A DNA stretch of 64,000 nucleotides. Source: Caulobacteraceae bacterium (GTDB lineage Bacteria > Pseudomonadota > Alphaproteobacteria > Caulobacterales > Caulobacteraceae). The stretch lies in the NCBI GenBank assembly GCA_037201645.1, contig JBBCHF010000019.1:4312-68311 (forward strand), written 5' to 3'. A model generated the notes under the pieces. The model was given only the letters and a program-made list of their open reading frames with translations, was not told the DNA's origin and did no database searches. Shown in pieces: positions 1 to 10,795 of this stretch (positions within the stretch are counted from its first letter, which is position 1; each line of letters opens with the position of its first letter). The position numbers and the translations under genes are program-made.

Positions 1-839
1 CGCGGTGGGCGCCAGCCTGTCGCAGACGGCGTTCGGCGTGCAGATGCCGCGCGGCAAGACGGTGATCCACAACACGCTCGACGAGCGGGACATCAACAAG
101 GTGCTGCCGACCAGGCACGCCCCTCCTCGGCGACGCCAAGCTGACCCTGCTGATGCTGATCGACGCCTGCCGGGCCCTGATCACCTCGCCGCGCGACCCG
201 TCCGCCGTCCAGGCCGAGATCAAGTCGGTCGAGGCCGAGTGGATGAAGACCTGGCTGCCGATCCTGGAGTCCGACGAGGAGCCGCTCACCCCCTACCGCG
301 TGCTGTGGGAGCTGCAGCGGACCGTCGACAAGGGACAACGTCATCATCACCCACGACGCCGGCTCGCCGCGCGACCAGCTGACCCCGTTCTGGAAGTCGA
401 CCGCGCCGCTCAGCTACATCGGCTGGGGCAAGACCACCCAGCTGGGGTATGGCCTGGGCCTGGCCATGGGCGCCAAGCTCGCCTGCCCGGACAAGCTCTG
501 CATCAACGTCTGGGGCGACGCGGCCATCGGCTTCACCGGCATGGACTTCGAGACCGCCGCCCGCGAGAAGGCGCCGATCCTGTCGATCCTGCTCAACAAC
601 GCCTCCATGGCCATCGAGCTCGACATCATGCCGGTAGCGACGGAGAAGTACCGCTCCACCGACATCAGCGGGAACTACGCCGACTTCGCCAAGGCGCTCG
701 GCGGCTACGGCGAGCGGATCACCCGGGTCGAGGACATCGTCCCCCGCCATCCAGCGCGGCAATCGCCCAGACCCAGGCCGGCGTCCCCGCCCTGCTGGAA
801 TTCATGACCAGCCAGGAACAGAGGTTCTCGCGCCTCTGA
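1..839 (+). CDS. Thiamine-diphosphate-dependent enzyme, C-terminal part (5' end outside window; frame-disrupted)
   Basis: ORFs 5..382, 153..839 and 466..807 join into one protein. The TPP-binding region 'GWGKTTQLGYGLGLAMGAKLACPDKLCINVWGDAAIGFTGMDFETAAREKAPILSILLNNASMAIE' is typical of acetolactate-synthase-like enzymes. Stop at 837-839. Several frame changes are needed. Confidence 0.7.
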
Positions 840-844
840 CCCCT

Positions 845-1003
845 CGCCCCCGCTCTTGCGGGGGAGAGGGAGGGGCCCGTCCTTCGCAGCGAAGCGGAGA
901 AGGATGGGAGGGTGAGGGGGTCTGCCGACTCAGCAAAACCCCTCACCCTCCCGTCGCTTCGCGCCGGGCCCCTCCCTCTCCCCACGCTTCGCGCGGGGCG
1001 AGG
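845..1003. repeat. Nested palindromic REP/MITE-like intergenic element
   Basis: The outer arms 'ggggagagggaggggcccg' and 'cgggcccctccctctcccc' are inverted, as are the inner arms 'gggagggtgagggg' and 'cccctcaccctccc'. It lies between convergent genes. Confidence 0.6.
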
Positions 1004-1004
1004 G

Positions 1005-2102
1005 TTAGAGCCTGAACACCCGCTCCGCGTTGGTCTGGAAGAAGGCGGTCTTGGCGGCGGGGTCCATCTGCATGGCGTCGAGTTCCGCGACTTCCTCGGC
1101 CAGGTTACTGGTAGGGGTAGTCCATGGCGTAGAGGACGCGGTCGACGCCGAGCACCTCCTGCATGAAGCGGATCGGCGGGGCCCAGGCGACGCCGGAGTT
1201 GGTGCAGTAGATGTTCTGGCGGAAGTAGTCGGACGGCCTTCTGCTTCAGGGGCTTCATCGCCTCGTAGCGTCCGCTTTTCACCGACTGGCCGTGCATGTA
1301 GTCGATCCGGTAGAGGGTGAACGGCAGACTCTCGCCGACGTGGCCGATCATGATCTGCAGCCTGGGGAAGCGGTCGAACACCCCGGCGATGATCAGGCGC
1401 AGGACGTGGAAGCCGACCTCGATCGAGAAGCCCCAGATCGCCCCGTCCAGGCCCTTCTCCAGCAGGGGATCGACCATCGGCCGCGGCAAGGTCTGGGGGT
1501 TGATGTAGATCGGGACGTCCAGCGCCTCGGCCGCCTCGAAAATGGCCCAGAACTTCGAATCGTCGAGGTATTCGCCGTGGGTGTGGGAGTTGATGATTAC
1601 CCCCCTTCATCCCGAGCTTGGAGACGCCCCGCTCGATCTCCTTGGCCGCCTCCGCCGGGTCCTGCACCGCGCAGGGCGGCAAGCGCTGCGAAGCGGTCGG
1701 GATGGGCGGCGACCTTCTCGGCCACCCAGTCGTTGGAGAAGGCGGCGAAGCCCACGGCCTCGTCGCGGTTTCATCACCTGCACGCCCGGCGCGGTCAGCG
1801 ACAGGATCTGCACGTCGATGCCCGCCGCGTCCATGTGGGCCAGACGCCCGGCGCCGACGTCGCTCATAGTGTCGCGGATGAAGGTGGTGCGGGGCGGCCG
1901 GGCTCGACAGGTAGAAGCCCCACATGGTGTTGAAGCCGGGGTCGTCGACGCGCTTCTCGGCCAGGATCTTGCGGTAGATGTCGAACATCTCCGGCGGGCA
2001 GAAACGCCTCCTCGGTGGCGATGCGCTGTAGGCCGCCTTGCCGGGCTTCTCGCCGGGGGTGACCCCGATCCGCTCCAGGTCCGCCATCCGATATCCCTCC
2101 AT
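1005..2102 (-). CDS. Amidohydrolase-2 family protein (ACMSD-like metal-dependent hydrolase/decarboxylase), frame-disrupted
   Basis: Pieces from ORFs 1005..2102 and 719..1489 fit one protein: 'MEGYRMADLERIGV', 'GLDGAIWGFSIEVGFHVLRLIIAGVFDRFPRLQIMIGHVGESLPFTLYRIDYMH' and the C-terminus 'MDPAAKTAFFQTNAERVFRL'. Confidence 0.7.
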   Translation of the reverse strand: MEGYRMADLERIGVTPGEKPGKAAYSASPPRRRFCPPEMFDIYRKILAEKRVDDPGFNTMWGFYLSSPAAPHHLHPRHYERRRRRASGPHGRGGHRRADPVADRAGRAGDETATRPWASPPSPTTGWPRRSPPIPTASQRLPPCAVQDPAEAAKEIERGVSKLGMKGGNHQLPHPRRIPRRFEVLGHFRGGRGAGRPDLHQPPDLAAADGRSPAGEGPGRGDLGLLDRGRLPRPAPDHRRGVRPLPQAADHDRPRRRESAVHPLPDRLHARPVGEKRTLRGDEAPEAEGRPTTSARTSTAPTPASPGPRRSASCRRCSASTASSTPWTTPTSNLAEEVAELDAMQMDPAAKTAFFQTNAERVFRL

Positions 2103-2169
2103 GCAAGCCGGCTTCGAAAGCTGGCGGCTTGGTAGTGGACTCCCGCGCCGGGGTCCACCGGGGTGGGAT

Positions 2170-3478
2170 CAGGCGCGGCCGGGCGGAAGAACTGGGCGAA
2201 GAAGGCCCGCGTGGTGATCCGGCCCGACGGACAGGGCCCCCGCCCGGAACGCCCGGGCGGACAGCCACAGGCTCGCCGCCGCCGCGCAGGCCACCAGCAG
2301 GGCCAGGCCCAGCGCCTGCCACAGCGGCGGGCTCGGCGGCGGCGCGCACGGGGGCCAGGAACGGGGTGAACAGGGGGAACCAGGCCAGGGCGGCCACGGC
2401 CGGGGAATCCGGCTGGGCGATGGCCTGGCTCATGAACACGATCGGGATGGTCAGCAGCATCATGACCGGCGCCAGCAGGGTCTGGGCCTCCCGCACGGTC
2501 TCGCAGAAGGCCCCGATGGCGACGAACAGGGAGGCGTACATCAGATAGCCGCCGACCAGGAACACCGCGAAATAGAGCACCAGCCCCTTGCCGATCAGCA
2601 CGGACGCGAGGTCGCCGGCGATGGCGGGGGCGAAGGAGAGCAGGGCGGCGGCGGCGATGCCGAGCCAGACGGTCAGCACCGTCAGGGTGACGGCCGCGAC
2701 GCCGAGGATCTTGCCGCCCATCACCTGGGGGCACCGAGGCGGAGGCAGGAGCACCTCCAGGATGCGGCTCGACTTCTCCTCGATCACGCTGTTGAGCAGG
2801 ACGCCCGCCCCGGTCATCACCATGGTCCACAGCAGCATGCCGGCGGCGAAGCCGGCGATGCCGGGCAGGCGGTTCGCGCAGGCCCACCTGGCCGGTGGCG
2901 GCGCGCGGCGAATAGCTGGCCACCTTGGGCGAGAGGGCGTCGAGGTCGGCGATCTGGGGCGGGGGACAGGCCGGCCCTGGCCAGGCGCTCGGCGCGCATC
3001 CGGTCGGCCACCGCCTGGCCGACCATCTCCTGCAGGCTCTCGTCGGCGACGTTGCGGCTCCAGAAGTCGAGGGCGGGGGCGCCGTCCTGGTCGTGGACGA
3101 TGGCGGCGGCGTCCAGGGCCGCGGGCGCGCCGTGGCCGCCGGCGGGGACGAGGTAGGGGCGCAGCGCCCGTCCGATCTGGGCCGCGGTCCCGGTCGCCGG
3201 GACGGGGGACGGGACGATCACGGCGGCCGGCTTGCGCGCGCCGCCGCGCGGGCCGGCGTGGGGCGCGGCCCACCGCCCGGGCGATGGCGTCGCCGTAGCC
3301 GCGGCCGGTCAGGTCGATCACCGCCAGGCGCAGCGGCGGCGAGGTCCGCGCGATCAGCACCGGGACCCCCGCCGACCACGCCGAGGATCACCGGCAGGAG
3401 GCACATCGACAGCCAGAAGCCGGCCGTGCGGACATAGGCGAGGTATTCGCGCGCGGCGATCCTGAGAAGGCGGCTCAT
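2170..3478 (-). CDS. ABC-2 type transporter permease (NatB-like), frame-disrupted
   Basis: N-terminus 'MSRLLRIAAREYLAYVRTAGFWLSMCLLPVIL' and core 'LNSVIEEKSSRILEVLL...GKILGVAAVTLTVLTVWLGIAAA...LFVAIGAFCETVREAQTLLAPVMMLLTIPIVFMSQ'. Its start overlaps the upstream ATPase stop (ATGA at 3475-3478). The 3' end is approximate. Confidence 0.7.
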
Positions 3479-4425
3479 GGCCGTCGCGCTCCCTCGGTCA
3501 GGGCGATGAAGGCGTCGTGGAGGCTCGGCTCCTTCAGCTCGAAGCGGGTCACGTCGAGCCCCTCGGCGAACGCCTGCTTCAGCGGCGCCTGGCCGGGCGC
3601 GCCGGACTTCAGGACCGCGGTGGACCCGCACGCCGCCCTCGCCGATCGCCTCGGACGAGACCGACGCCACCCCGGCAGGGCGGCGACGGCGGCCGGCGCG
3701 ATCGGCCCCTCCAGCACCAGCGTCCCGCGGCGCGGCGGCGCGGGCGTCGGGCACCGAGCCGTCGAAGATCTTGCGGCCGCCCGCGATCAGCACGACCTGG
3801 TCGCACAGGCGCTCGGCGTGCTGCATCACGTGGGGTGGAGAACACCACGCAGGCGCCCCGGCCGGCCAGGTCGGCGGATCATCCGCTCCAGCGCCTGCTG
3901 GTTCACCGGGTCGAGGCCCGAGAACGGCTCGTCGAGCAGGGACGAGGTCGGGATCGTGCGCCAGGGCGGACAGGAGCTGGACCCTTCTGGGCCATGCCCT
4001 TGGAGGAGGTTCCTGATCTGCCGGTTCGCCGCCTCGCCGAGGCCCTGGGCCTGCAGCATGTCCAGCGCGCGCCTGCGCCCGACGCGGGTCGGCACGCCCT
4101 TCAGGCCGGCGAAGAAGGCGATGGCGTCCCACCGGCGTCATGCGGCGATAGAGGCCGCGCTCCTCGGGCAGGAAGCCGACGCGGTCGCGCACCGCGCGCG
4201 GGTCGTCCGAGCCCAGCACGCGGATCGACCCGGCGTCCGGCTCGATCAGGCCGAGCACCATGCGCAGGGTGGTGGTCTTTGCCGGCGCCGTTGGGGCCGA
4301 GGAAGCCCAGGATGCGGCCGGCCCCTGGCGGTGAAGCTCAGGTCGTCGACGGCGGCGAAGTCGCCGAAGCGCTTGCCCACGCCATCCAGCACCAGCGGAT
4401 CCACGGCCCCTCCCCGGTCGAAGGC
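3475..4425 (-). CDS. ABC transporter ATP-binding protein (NatA-like), frame-disrupted
   Basis: Walker A is readable as '[31 protein letters not shown]' and 'FLPEERGLYRRMTPV' across frames. C-terminus 'DVTRFELKEPSLHDAFIALTEGARRP'. ATG at 4425. Confidence 0.75.
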
Positions 4426-4430
4426 ATCTC

Positions 4431-5400
4431 AGCCCGGTTTCGGCGTCCTGCGCAACCGCGGCCTGACGTGGTCGATGGCGGCGACCACCTCGTCGGCGAA
4501 CCGCTCGCCCAGCACCGTCGCGTGGGGCCGCGTCCGGCACGTTGCGGTAATAAGCCGTGGCGCGAGCGGCGGGCGGGCTCGGCCTCCATGCCCTTCCAGC
4601 TCTGCGGCCCCCGGCCGGCGGTGACCACGGCGACGGGCAGGTCCGGATCATAGAGGCCGAACTTGCGCGCCTCCTCGGCCGTGACGGCCCAGTGGTCGAC
4701 CTCGTCGGCGGCGGCGCGGTTTGTGCGGGGCCGTCGCCGAAGGCGCGGCGCTTTCTCCTCGGCGGCGCGGCCGGTCAGGGCCGATGGTGTCGCCGGCGAA
4801 CTCGAACGGCTTCAGAAGGCCCAGCGACGCGCCCCAGCCGGCCAGGCGCGAGACAGCGCCGAAGGCGTCCAGGAAGTGCTGCATCTGCGGCCCCTGAGCC
4901 TCGGGCGTGGCGGCGTCGACCAGCACCACGCCCCTGACCTTGTCCGGGTTGCGGCCGGTGAACAGGCGCACGTAGAGGCCGGCCATCGAGTGGCCGACCA
5001 GGATGTAGGGCCCCGGCTCGTCCGCCGCGGCGAGCAGGCGCTCAAGGTCCGACGCCACGGCCAGGCCGTCTCGCGGATCGGGACCGGGTCGGAATAGCCC
5101 AAGCCCGCACGGTCGTAGGCGCACGAGTGCACAGCCCTCGGCCGTCAGCCGGGCCCTGGACGGCGGCCCAGTCGGCCGAGAAGCCGAAGGCGCCGGATTC
5201 CAGCACCACGGTCGGGCCGTTCCCGCGCGGCCCCTCGCAGACGATCCGCATCCGCCGCCCCGCCGATGTCGACGAAGCGGCCCCGCAGCGGGTCGTGGGG
5301 TTCGAATGCGGCGGCCATCAATCCTCCGAAGGCGATCGCGATCAGCCCGATGAGCAAGGCGCCGGCCGCGGCGGCGAGGCAACCCCGCCCCGCGCGACGC
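4431..5400 (-). CDS. Alpha/beta hydrolase with N-terminal TM segment, frame-disrupted; start uncertain
   Basis: 'RIVCEGPRGNGPTVVLESGAFGFSADWAAVQ' and the nucleophile elbow 'YILVGHSMAGLYVRLFTGRNPDKVRGVVLVDAATPE'. Stop read at 4431-4433. Confidence 0.6.
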
Positions 5401-5422
5401 CCGGCCCGCCGGGCCGGACTGC

Positions 5423-6430
5423 TCAGCTCTTGCGCTCGAACGGCTTGGGACGGCGCCCGCCGCCCTGCCGGTCGATCATCCAGCCCGGATATTCCTCGGG
5501 CAGCTTTGGACACCTCGTCGAGCTTGGCGATGTCCTCGGGCGTGAGCTTCAGGTTCGACAGCGCCGAGGTTGTCCTCGAGCTGGTCAGTTGCGCTTGGCG
5601 CCGACGATCACGCTGGTCACCACCGGCTTGGCCAGGAGCCAGGCCAGGGCGACGCGGGCGACGGTCGATCCATGCGCCTCGGCCACCTCGCGCATGGCGG
5701 CGACGCAGGCCCAGGCGCGGTCCTTGTTCACCGGCGGGAAGTCGAAGTTGGCGCGGGCGCGAGTTCTCCGGATCGGGCGCGCCGGGGCCGTACTTGCCCG
5801 ACAGCAGGCCGCCGGCCAGCGGCGACCAGACCATCAGGCCCATCTTCCTCCTCGGTCAGCAGCGGGACGATGTCGCGCTCCAGGTCGCGGCCGGCGATGG
5901 TGTAGTACGCCTGCAGCGTCTCGAACCGGGCGTAGCCCTTGCGCTCGGAGATCCCCAGCGCCTTGGCGATGCGCCTCGTCCAGCGCGCGCAGGGTCTCGT
6001 CGATCGGGGTGACCGGGTCGGTGGCGTGGATCTGGTAGAGGTCGATGTGGTCGGTCTGCAGGCGGCGCAGGCTCTCGTCCACCTGGTCCATGATGTGGCC
6101 GCGCGAGGCGCCGTTGTCGTTGGGGCCCGGCCCCATGGTCCCGAACACCTTGGTGGCGACCACCACATCGGTGCGCTTGATCCCGAGGTTCTTCAGGGCC
6201 TGGCCGACGGCCATCTCCGAATGGCCCTGGGAATAGACGTTGGCGGTGTCGATGAAGTTGATCCCGGCGTCCAGCGCCAGCTTGACCAGCTCGTCCACCT
6301 CCTTTTGCCCCAGCGACCCGATGGCGGCCCAGATCCCGGCCCCCTCGTTGGTGTCGCCGGCGAAGGTCATGGCGCCGAGGCAGAGCTCGGAAACGAACAG
6401 GCCCGTCCGGCCCAGCTGGTTGTAGCGCAT
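5423..6430 (-). CDS. Aldo/keto reductase, frame-disrupted
   Basis: 'MRYNQLGRTGLFVSELCLGAMTFAG...GINFIDTANVYSQGHSEMAVGQALKNLGIKRTDVVVATKV...LQTDHIDLYQIHATDPVTPIDETLRALD' continues in two other frames ('LMVWSPLAGGLLSGKYGPG', 'LKLTPEDIAKLDEVSK'). Stop at 5423-5425. Confidence 0.85.
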
Positions 6431-6564
6431 GGGGGTTGCTCTCTCCGCGTGGTGGGTAGGCTCTCGCCGGCGCATATGGGGCGGAGGACGGGCGAGGTCG
6501 AGACGGGCCGTGTGAATTGATCGCGACGCGGGCGGGATTCGCGGGAAGGTGGTATTCGGTGCGG

Positions 6565-6839
6565 ATGCCGACCATCTCGTGGTTCTATGGGATCGCCATC
6601 CGCATGTTCTTCAACGACCATGCGCCGCCGCACTTCCATGCCTTCCACAGCGGACACGAGGCCAGGTTCGATATCGGAACGGGAGAGATGATCGACGGCT
6701 ATCTCCGCGGAGACAGCAGCGACTCGTCCAGAGATGGATTTCGCGCTATCATAAGGAACTTCAGGCGGCATGGACGGAGGTCCGCGCCGATCTTGTGCCG
6801 GAGCGCATTCCCGGCTTGGACGCCGACAATGACAACTGA
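6565..6839 (+). CDS. DUF4160 family small protein (one frame change)
   Basis: 'MPTISWFYGIAIRMFFNDHAPPHFHAFHSGHEARFDIGTGEMIDG' continues in the frame of ORF 6549..6839 as 'PRRQQRLVQRWISRYHKELQAAWTEV...'. TGA at 6837-6839. Confidence 0.7.
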
Positions 6840-7110
6840 CATCGTCCACGTTCGAAAGCTGAAGCGGCTTGGCGACTACCGTCTCAAGCTGTGGTTCACC
6901 GACGGCCGAGCCGGCGAATGGGATTTCTCGGGCTTGGCGGCTAAGGAGACGCCGGTCACGCGGCCCTTCAAGGACCCCGCCTACTTCGACCGCGTCTTTA
7001 TCGAGATGGGCGCGCTGACCTGGCCCAACGGCTACGACTGGAGTCCCGAGGCGCTGCACGCGGATATGGAGGCGGCCGGCGCGCTGAAGTTCGAGAGCGC
7101 CGCGGCCTGA
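6828..7110 (+). CDS. DUF2442 family small protein
   Basis: 'MTTDIVHVRKLKRLGDYRLKLWFTDGRAGEWDFSGL...FKDPAYFDRVFIEMGALTWPNGYDWSPEALH'. Its ATG overlaps the 3' end of the DUF4160 gene. Confidence 0.7.
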
Positions 7111-7113
7111 TCG

Positions 7114-8534
7114 TCACAACGCCTTGACGATCCCCCTCGACCATCTTCTTGGCGTCGCCGAAGAGCATCATGGTGTTGTCGCGGAAGAACAGTTCGTTCT
7201 CCACGCCGGCGTAGCCCGTGGCCATCGAGCGCTTCACGAACAGCACGGTGCGCGCCTTCTCCACGTCCAGCACCGGCATGCCGAAGATCGGGCTCTTGGG
7301 GTCGGTCTTGGCGGCGGGGTTGGTCACGTCGTTGGCGCCGATCACGAACGCGACATCGGCGGTGGCGAACTCGGAGTTGATGTCCTCCAGCTCGAACACC
7401 TCGTCGTAGGGCACGTTCGCTTCGGCCAGCAGCACGTTCATGTGGCCGGGCATGCGGCCGGCGACGGGGTGGATGGCGTACTTCACCTCCACGCCCTCCT
7501 CCTTCAGCTTGTCGGCCATCTCCTTCAGCGCGTGCTGGGCCTGGGCCACCGCCATGCCGTAGCCGGGGACGATGATCACCTTGGAGGCGTTCTTCATGAT
7601 GAAGGCCGCGTCGTCGGCGGAGCCCTGCTTCACCGGCCGGGTCTCGACCTTGCCGCCGCCCGCCGCCGCGGCCGCGTCGCCGCCGAAGCCGCCCAGGATC
7701 ACCGAGACGAACGAGCGGTTCATCCCCTTGCACATGATGTAGCTGAGGATCGCGCCCGACGAGCCCACGAGGGCGCCGGTGATGATCAGGGTGGTGTTCT
7801 CGAGGGTGAAGCCGAGCGCCGCCGCCGCCCAGCCGGAGTAGCTGTTCAGCATCGAGACCACCACCGGCATGTCCGCCCCGCCGATCGGCACGATCAGGGT
7901 CCCGCCCGCGATCAGGGCCAGGGCGAAGACGCCCCAGAACGCCAGCTTGGCGTGGCCGCCCGACGCCACCAGCACCACGATCAGGACGAGGACGGCCAGG
8001 CCGATCAGGATGTTGATCAGGTGGCGCGCCGGAAGCAGGATCGGCGCGCCGGACATGTTGCCGTTTAGCTTGGCGAAGGCGATCAGCGAGCCGGTGAAGG
8101 TCACCGCCCCGATGGCGACGCCCAGCGACAGCTCGATCAGCGACTCCAGCCGCACCCCGCCGCCGGGCGTGGCGATGCCATAGGCCTCGGGCGTGAACAG
8201 GGCCGCGGTGGCCACCAGGCACGCGGCCAGGCCCACCAGGGAGTGGAAGGCGGCCACCAGCTGCGGCATGGCGGTCATGGCGATCTTGCGGGCGGTGACC
8301 GCCCCGACCGCGCCGCCCACCGCCACGCCCGCCGCGATCATGCCGACGGTGGACCGGGTCGAGCGCCCCCTCCGACCACAGGGTCAGCAGGGTCACCGCC
8401 ACGGCGATGACCATCCCCGCCATGCCGAGCGTATTGCCCCGCCGGCTGGTCTCCGGATTCGACAGGCCCCTCAGCGCCAGGATGAACAGGACGCCCGAGA
8501 TCAGATAGGCGACGGCGGCGACGTTGGCGTTCAT
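7114..8534 (-). CDS. pntB: NAD(P) transhydrogenase subunit beta, two frame disruptions
   Basis: '[45 protein letters not shown]' in ORF 7032..8534, then 'MPQLVAAFHSLVGLAA...VIIVPGYGMAVAQAQHALKEMADKLKEEGVEVKYAIHPVAGRMPGHMNVLLAEANVPYD' in ORF 6998..8341. The expected end 'KKMVEGIVKAL*' is restored by removing one C from the run at 7133-7137. Confidence 0.9.
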
Positions 8535-8866
8535 CGGGCGCGCTGGTCCGCGCCCGCGCCCGCCGCCGGCGCGGCGTCGTCCCGCCGGCGGCGGCGGCGC
8601 AGGGCCGTGAAGGCCTGCAGGGCGGTGGCGATCAGCAGGCAGACGGTCACGATCGCGGCCGTGCGCACCCCGCGCGCGTCATAGATCGCCTGGAACAGGA
8701 ACGGCGTCTGGCTGAGGGCGATGGAGGTGAAGAACAGCCCCGCCGCGTTCCACGGCCGCTTCCAGCCCTGCCGGCCGGCGAAGTGGATGACGTAGACGAT
8801 GATGGCGGCGGCCGCGCCGGCGTAGCAGGCCCAGCCCAGCCAGGTGACGACCATGGCGATGATCAT
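8531..8866 (-). CDS. Small 3-TM membrane protein inside the pnt operon (hypothetical)
   Basis: '[35 protein letters not shown]...[20 protein letters not shown]...[17 protein letters not shown]'. ATGA start/stop overlaps with pntAB (8863-8866) and with pntB (8531-8534). Confidence 0.5.
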   Translation of the reverse strand: MIIAMVVTWLGWACYAGAAAAIIVYVIHFAGRQGWKRPWNAAGLFFTSIALSQTPFLFQAIYDARGVRTAAIVTVCLLIATALQAFTALRRRRRRDDAAPAAGAGADQRAR

Positions 8867-9183
8867 TTCGGCCGCTCCTTCTTGCGGTACATCGCGAGCA
8901 TGCGCTGGGTGACCAGGAAGCCGCCGAAGATGTTGACGGAGGCGAGGCCGGCCGCGATCGCGCCGGCGCCCTTGGAGATCCACACAGAGCCGGTGTCGCC
9001 GTGGGCGCCGTGGGCGGCGGCGGCCAGGAGGGCGCCGACGATGATCACCGAGGAGATGGCGTTGGTCACGCTCATCAGCGGCGTGTGCAGCGCCGGCGTC
9101 ACGCTCCAGACCACGTAGTAGCCGACGAAGATCGCCAGCACGAAGATCGCCAGGCGGAAGACGGTAGGGTCGACGGCTTCCAT
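8863..9183 (-). CDS. pntAB: NAD(P) transhydrogenase subunit alpha part 2 (membrane part)
   Basis: '[55 protein letters not shown]'. A GAGGAGG Shine-Dalgarno sits just upstream of the ATG at 9183. Confidence 0.85.
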   Translation of the reverse strand: MEAVDPTVFRLAIFVLAIFVGYYVVWSVTPALHTPLMSVTNAISSVIIVGALLAAAAHGAHGDTGSVWISKGAGAIAAGLASVNIFGGFLVTQRMLAMYRKKERPK

Positions 9184-9194
9184 GCGGCCTCCTC

Positions 9195-10331
9195 TCAAGC
9201 CTTGGCCAGGGCCGGATTCGCCACGCGGCCGTCGCGGGTGATCAGGGCGGCCTTCAGGATCTCGTCCTCGAAGTTGGGCTGCAGCAGCCCTTCCTCGTTC
9301 AGGAGGAGGCCGGCGAAGGCCTGAAGATTGCGTGCGTAGAGCGCCGAGGCGTCGGCGGCGATGCGGCCCGGCAGGTTGGGGAGGCCGACCACCGTCGCCG
9401 GCCCGACGCGGGCGATCTGGCCGCGCACCACGCCCTCGACGTTGCCGCCCTGCTCCACGGCCAGATCGACGATCACCGAACCCGGCCGCATGGAGGCGAC
9501 GTGGGCGGCCGAGACCAGGCGCGGCGCCGGCCGGCCGGGAATGAGCGCGGTGGTGATCACCACGTCCTGCTTCCTGATGTGCTCGGCGACCAGGGCGGCC
9601 TGCTTCTTCTGGTACTCGGCCGACATCGGCTTGGCGTAGCCGGCGGCGGTCTCGGCCTGCTTGAACTCCTCGTCCTCGACGGCGACGAACTTGGCGCCGA
9701 GGCTCTCCACCTGCTCCTTGGCGGCGGGGCGCACGTCGGTGGCGGTGACCACGGCGCCGAGGCGGCGGGCGGTGGCGATGGCCTGCAGGCCCGCGACGCC
9801 CGCGCCCATCACGAACACCTTGGCCGGGGCGACCGTGCCGGCGGCCGTCATCATCATCGGGAACACCCGGCCGTAGGCGTCCACCGCCTCGACCACCGCG
9901 CGGTAGCCGGCGAGGTTGGCTTGGCTGGACAGGGCGTCCATCACCTGGGCGCGGGTGATGCGCGGCACCAACTCCATGGCGAAGGCGGTGACGCCCTTGC
10001 GGGTCAGGGCCTCGACCAGGGCGGCGTCCTGATAGGGGTCGAGCAGGCCGACCACGATCGCGCCGGGCTTCAGGGCCGCGATCTCCTCGCCCGTCGGGCC
10101 GCGCACCTTGAACAGGATGTCGGCGGCCTTCAGGGCCGCGTCCAGGGTCGGCGAGACCTCGGCGCCCGCCGCCGCATAGTCGGCGTCTGGGATCGAGGCG
10201 CCCTCGCCGGCGCCGGCCTCGACGATCAGGGAAAATCCGGCCGCGGAGAGCCGCTTGACGGAGTCGGGGGTCGCTGCGACCCGCGTCTCGCCGTCACGCC
10301 GCTCACGAGTCACCGCGATGAGCGACGCCAT
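9195..10331 (-). CDS. pntAA: NAD(P) transhydrogenase subunit alpha part 1 (dI, NAD(H)-binding)
   Basis: Intact 378-aa ORF: '[38 protein letters not shown]' and the Rossmann motif '[30 protein letters not shown]'. Confidence 0.9.
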   Translation of the reverse strand: MASLIAVTRERRDGETRVAATPDSVKRLSAAGFSLIVEAGAGEGASIPDADYAAAGAEVSPTLDAALKAADILFKVRGPTGEEIAALKPGAIVVGLLDPYQDAALVEALTRKGVTAFAMELVPRITRAQVMDALSSQANLAGYRAVVEAVDAYGRVFPMMMTAAGTVAPAKVFVMGAGVAGLQAIATARRLGAVVTATDVRPAAKEQVESLGAKFVAVEDEEFKQAETAAGYAKPMSAEYQKKQAALVAEHIRKQDVVITTALIPGRPAPRLVSAAHVASMRPGSVIVDLAVEQGGNVEGVVRGQIARVGPATVVGLPNLPGRIAADASALYARNLQAFAGLLLNEEGLLQPNFEDEILKAALITRDGRVANPALAKA

Positions 10332-10397
10332 TACCGGTCACTCCGAATCGTTTCCACCCGGGCGAATAGATGGACCCGGGCGCGGGTTGTCCACCCG

Positions 10398-10643
10398 TTA
10401 GTGGCCGGCGGCGGACTCGGGCTTGTCGCGCAGGAAGAAGATCCCGAGCGCCAGGGTGATCAGCGCCAGGATCAGGCCGCCCAGGAACCCGGCCGTGGTG
10501 CAGATCCACGAGGTGAAGAACAGCAGCAGCACCGCCACGGTCAGCGAGCCCCACTTGGTCAGCCGCACGAAGCCCTCGAACGAAGCCTCGTGCTGGCGGA
10601 TGTCCATGTCGCCGGGGGGTGAAGTCGGAGCGTGCTCGGCCAT
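10398..10643 (-). CDS. aa3-type cytochrome c oxidase subunit IV-like small membrane protein
   Basis: 'MAEHAPTSPPGDMDIRQHEASFEGFVRLTKWGSLTVAVLLLFF' resembles prokaryotic COX4. An AAGGAG Shine-Dalgarno precedes the ATG at 10643. Confidence 0.65.
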   Translation of the reverse strand: MAEHAPTSPPGDMDIRQHEASFEGFVRLTKWGSLTVAVLLLFFTSWICTTAGFLGGLILALITLALGIFFLRDKPESAAGH

Positions 10644-10795
10644 CGCCGGCGACTCCTTGCTATGCTGCGTGGTCCCTTGGCGACTATAGCACGACGCGGC
10701 CCAGCTCAAGGGCGACGGGCGGTCCGGGCGGCCGATTGCGCCGAAGGGGCGGCTCGTCTATCCGAGACGGTCTCGGCGCGCGGAAGGTTCAGGCG

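Noticed and set aside
6517-7110. A single 197-aa ORF that looks like a DUF4160-DUF2442 fusion protein.
   Set aside because: The middle of that ORF is out-of-frame sequence. Switching frame at about 6700 gives a normal DUF4160 C-terminus with its own stop at 6839. DUF2442 has its own ATG at 6828, so these are two genes.
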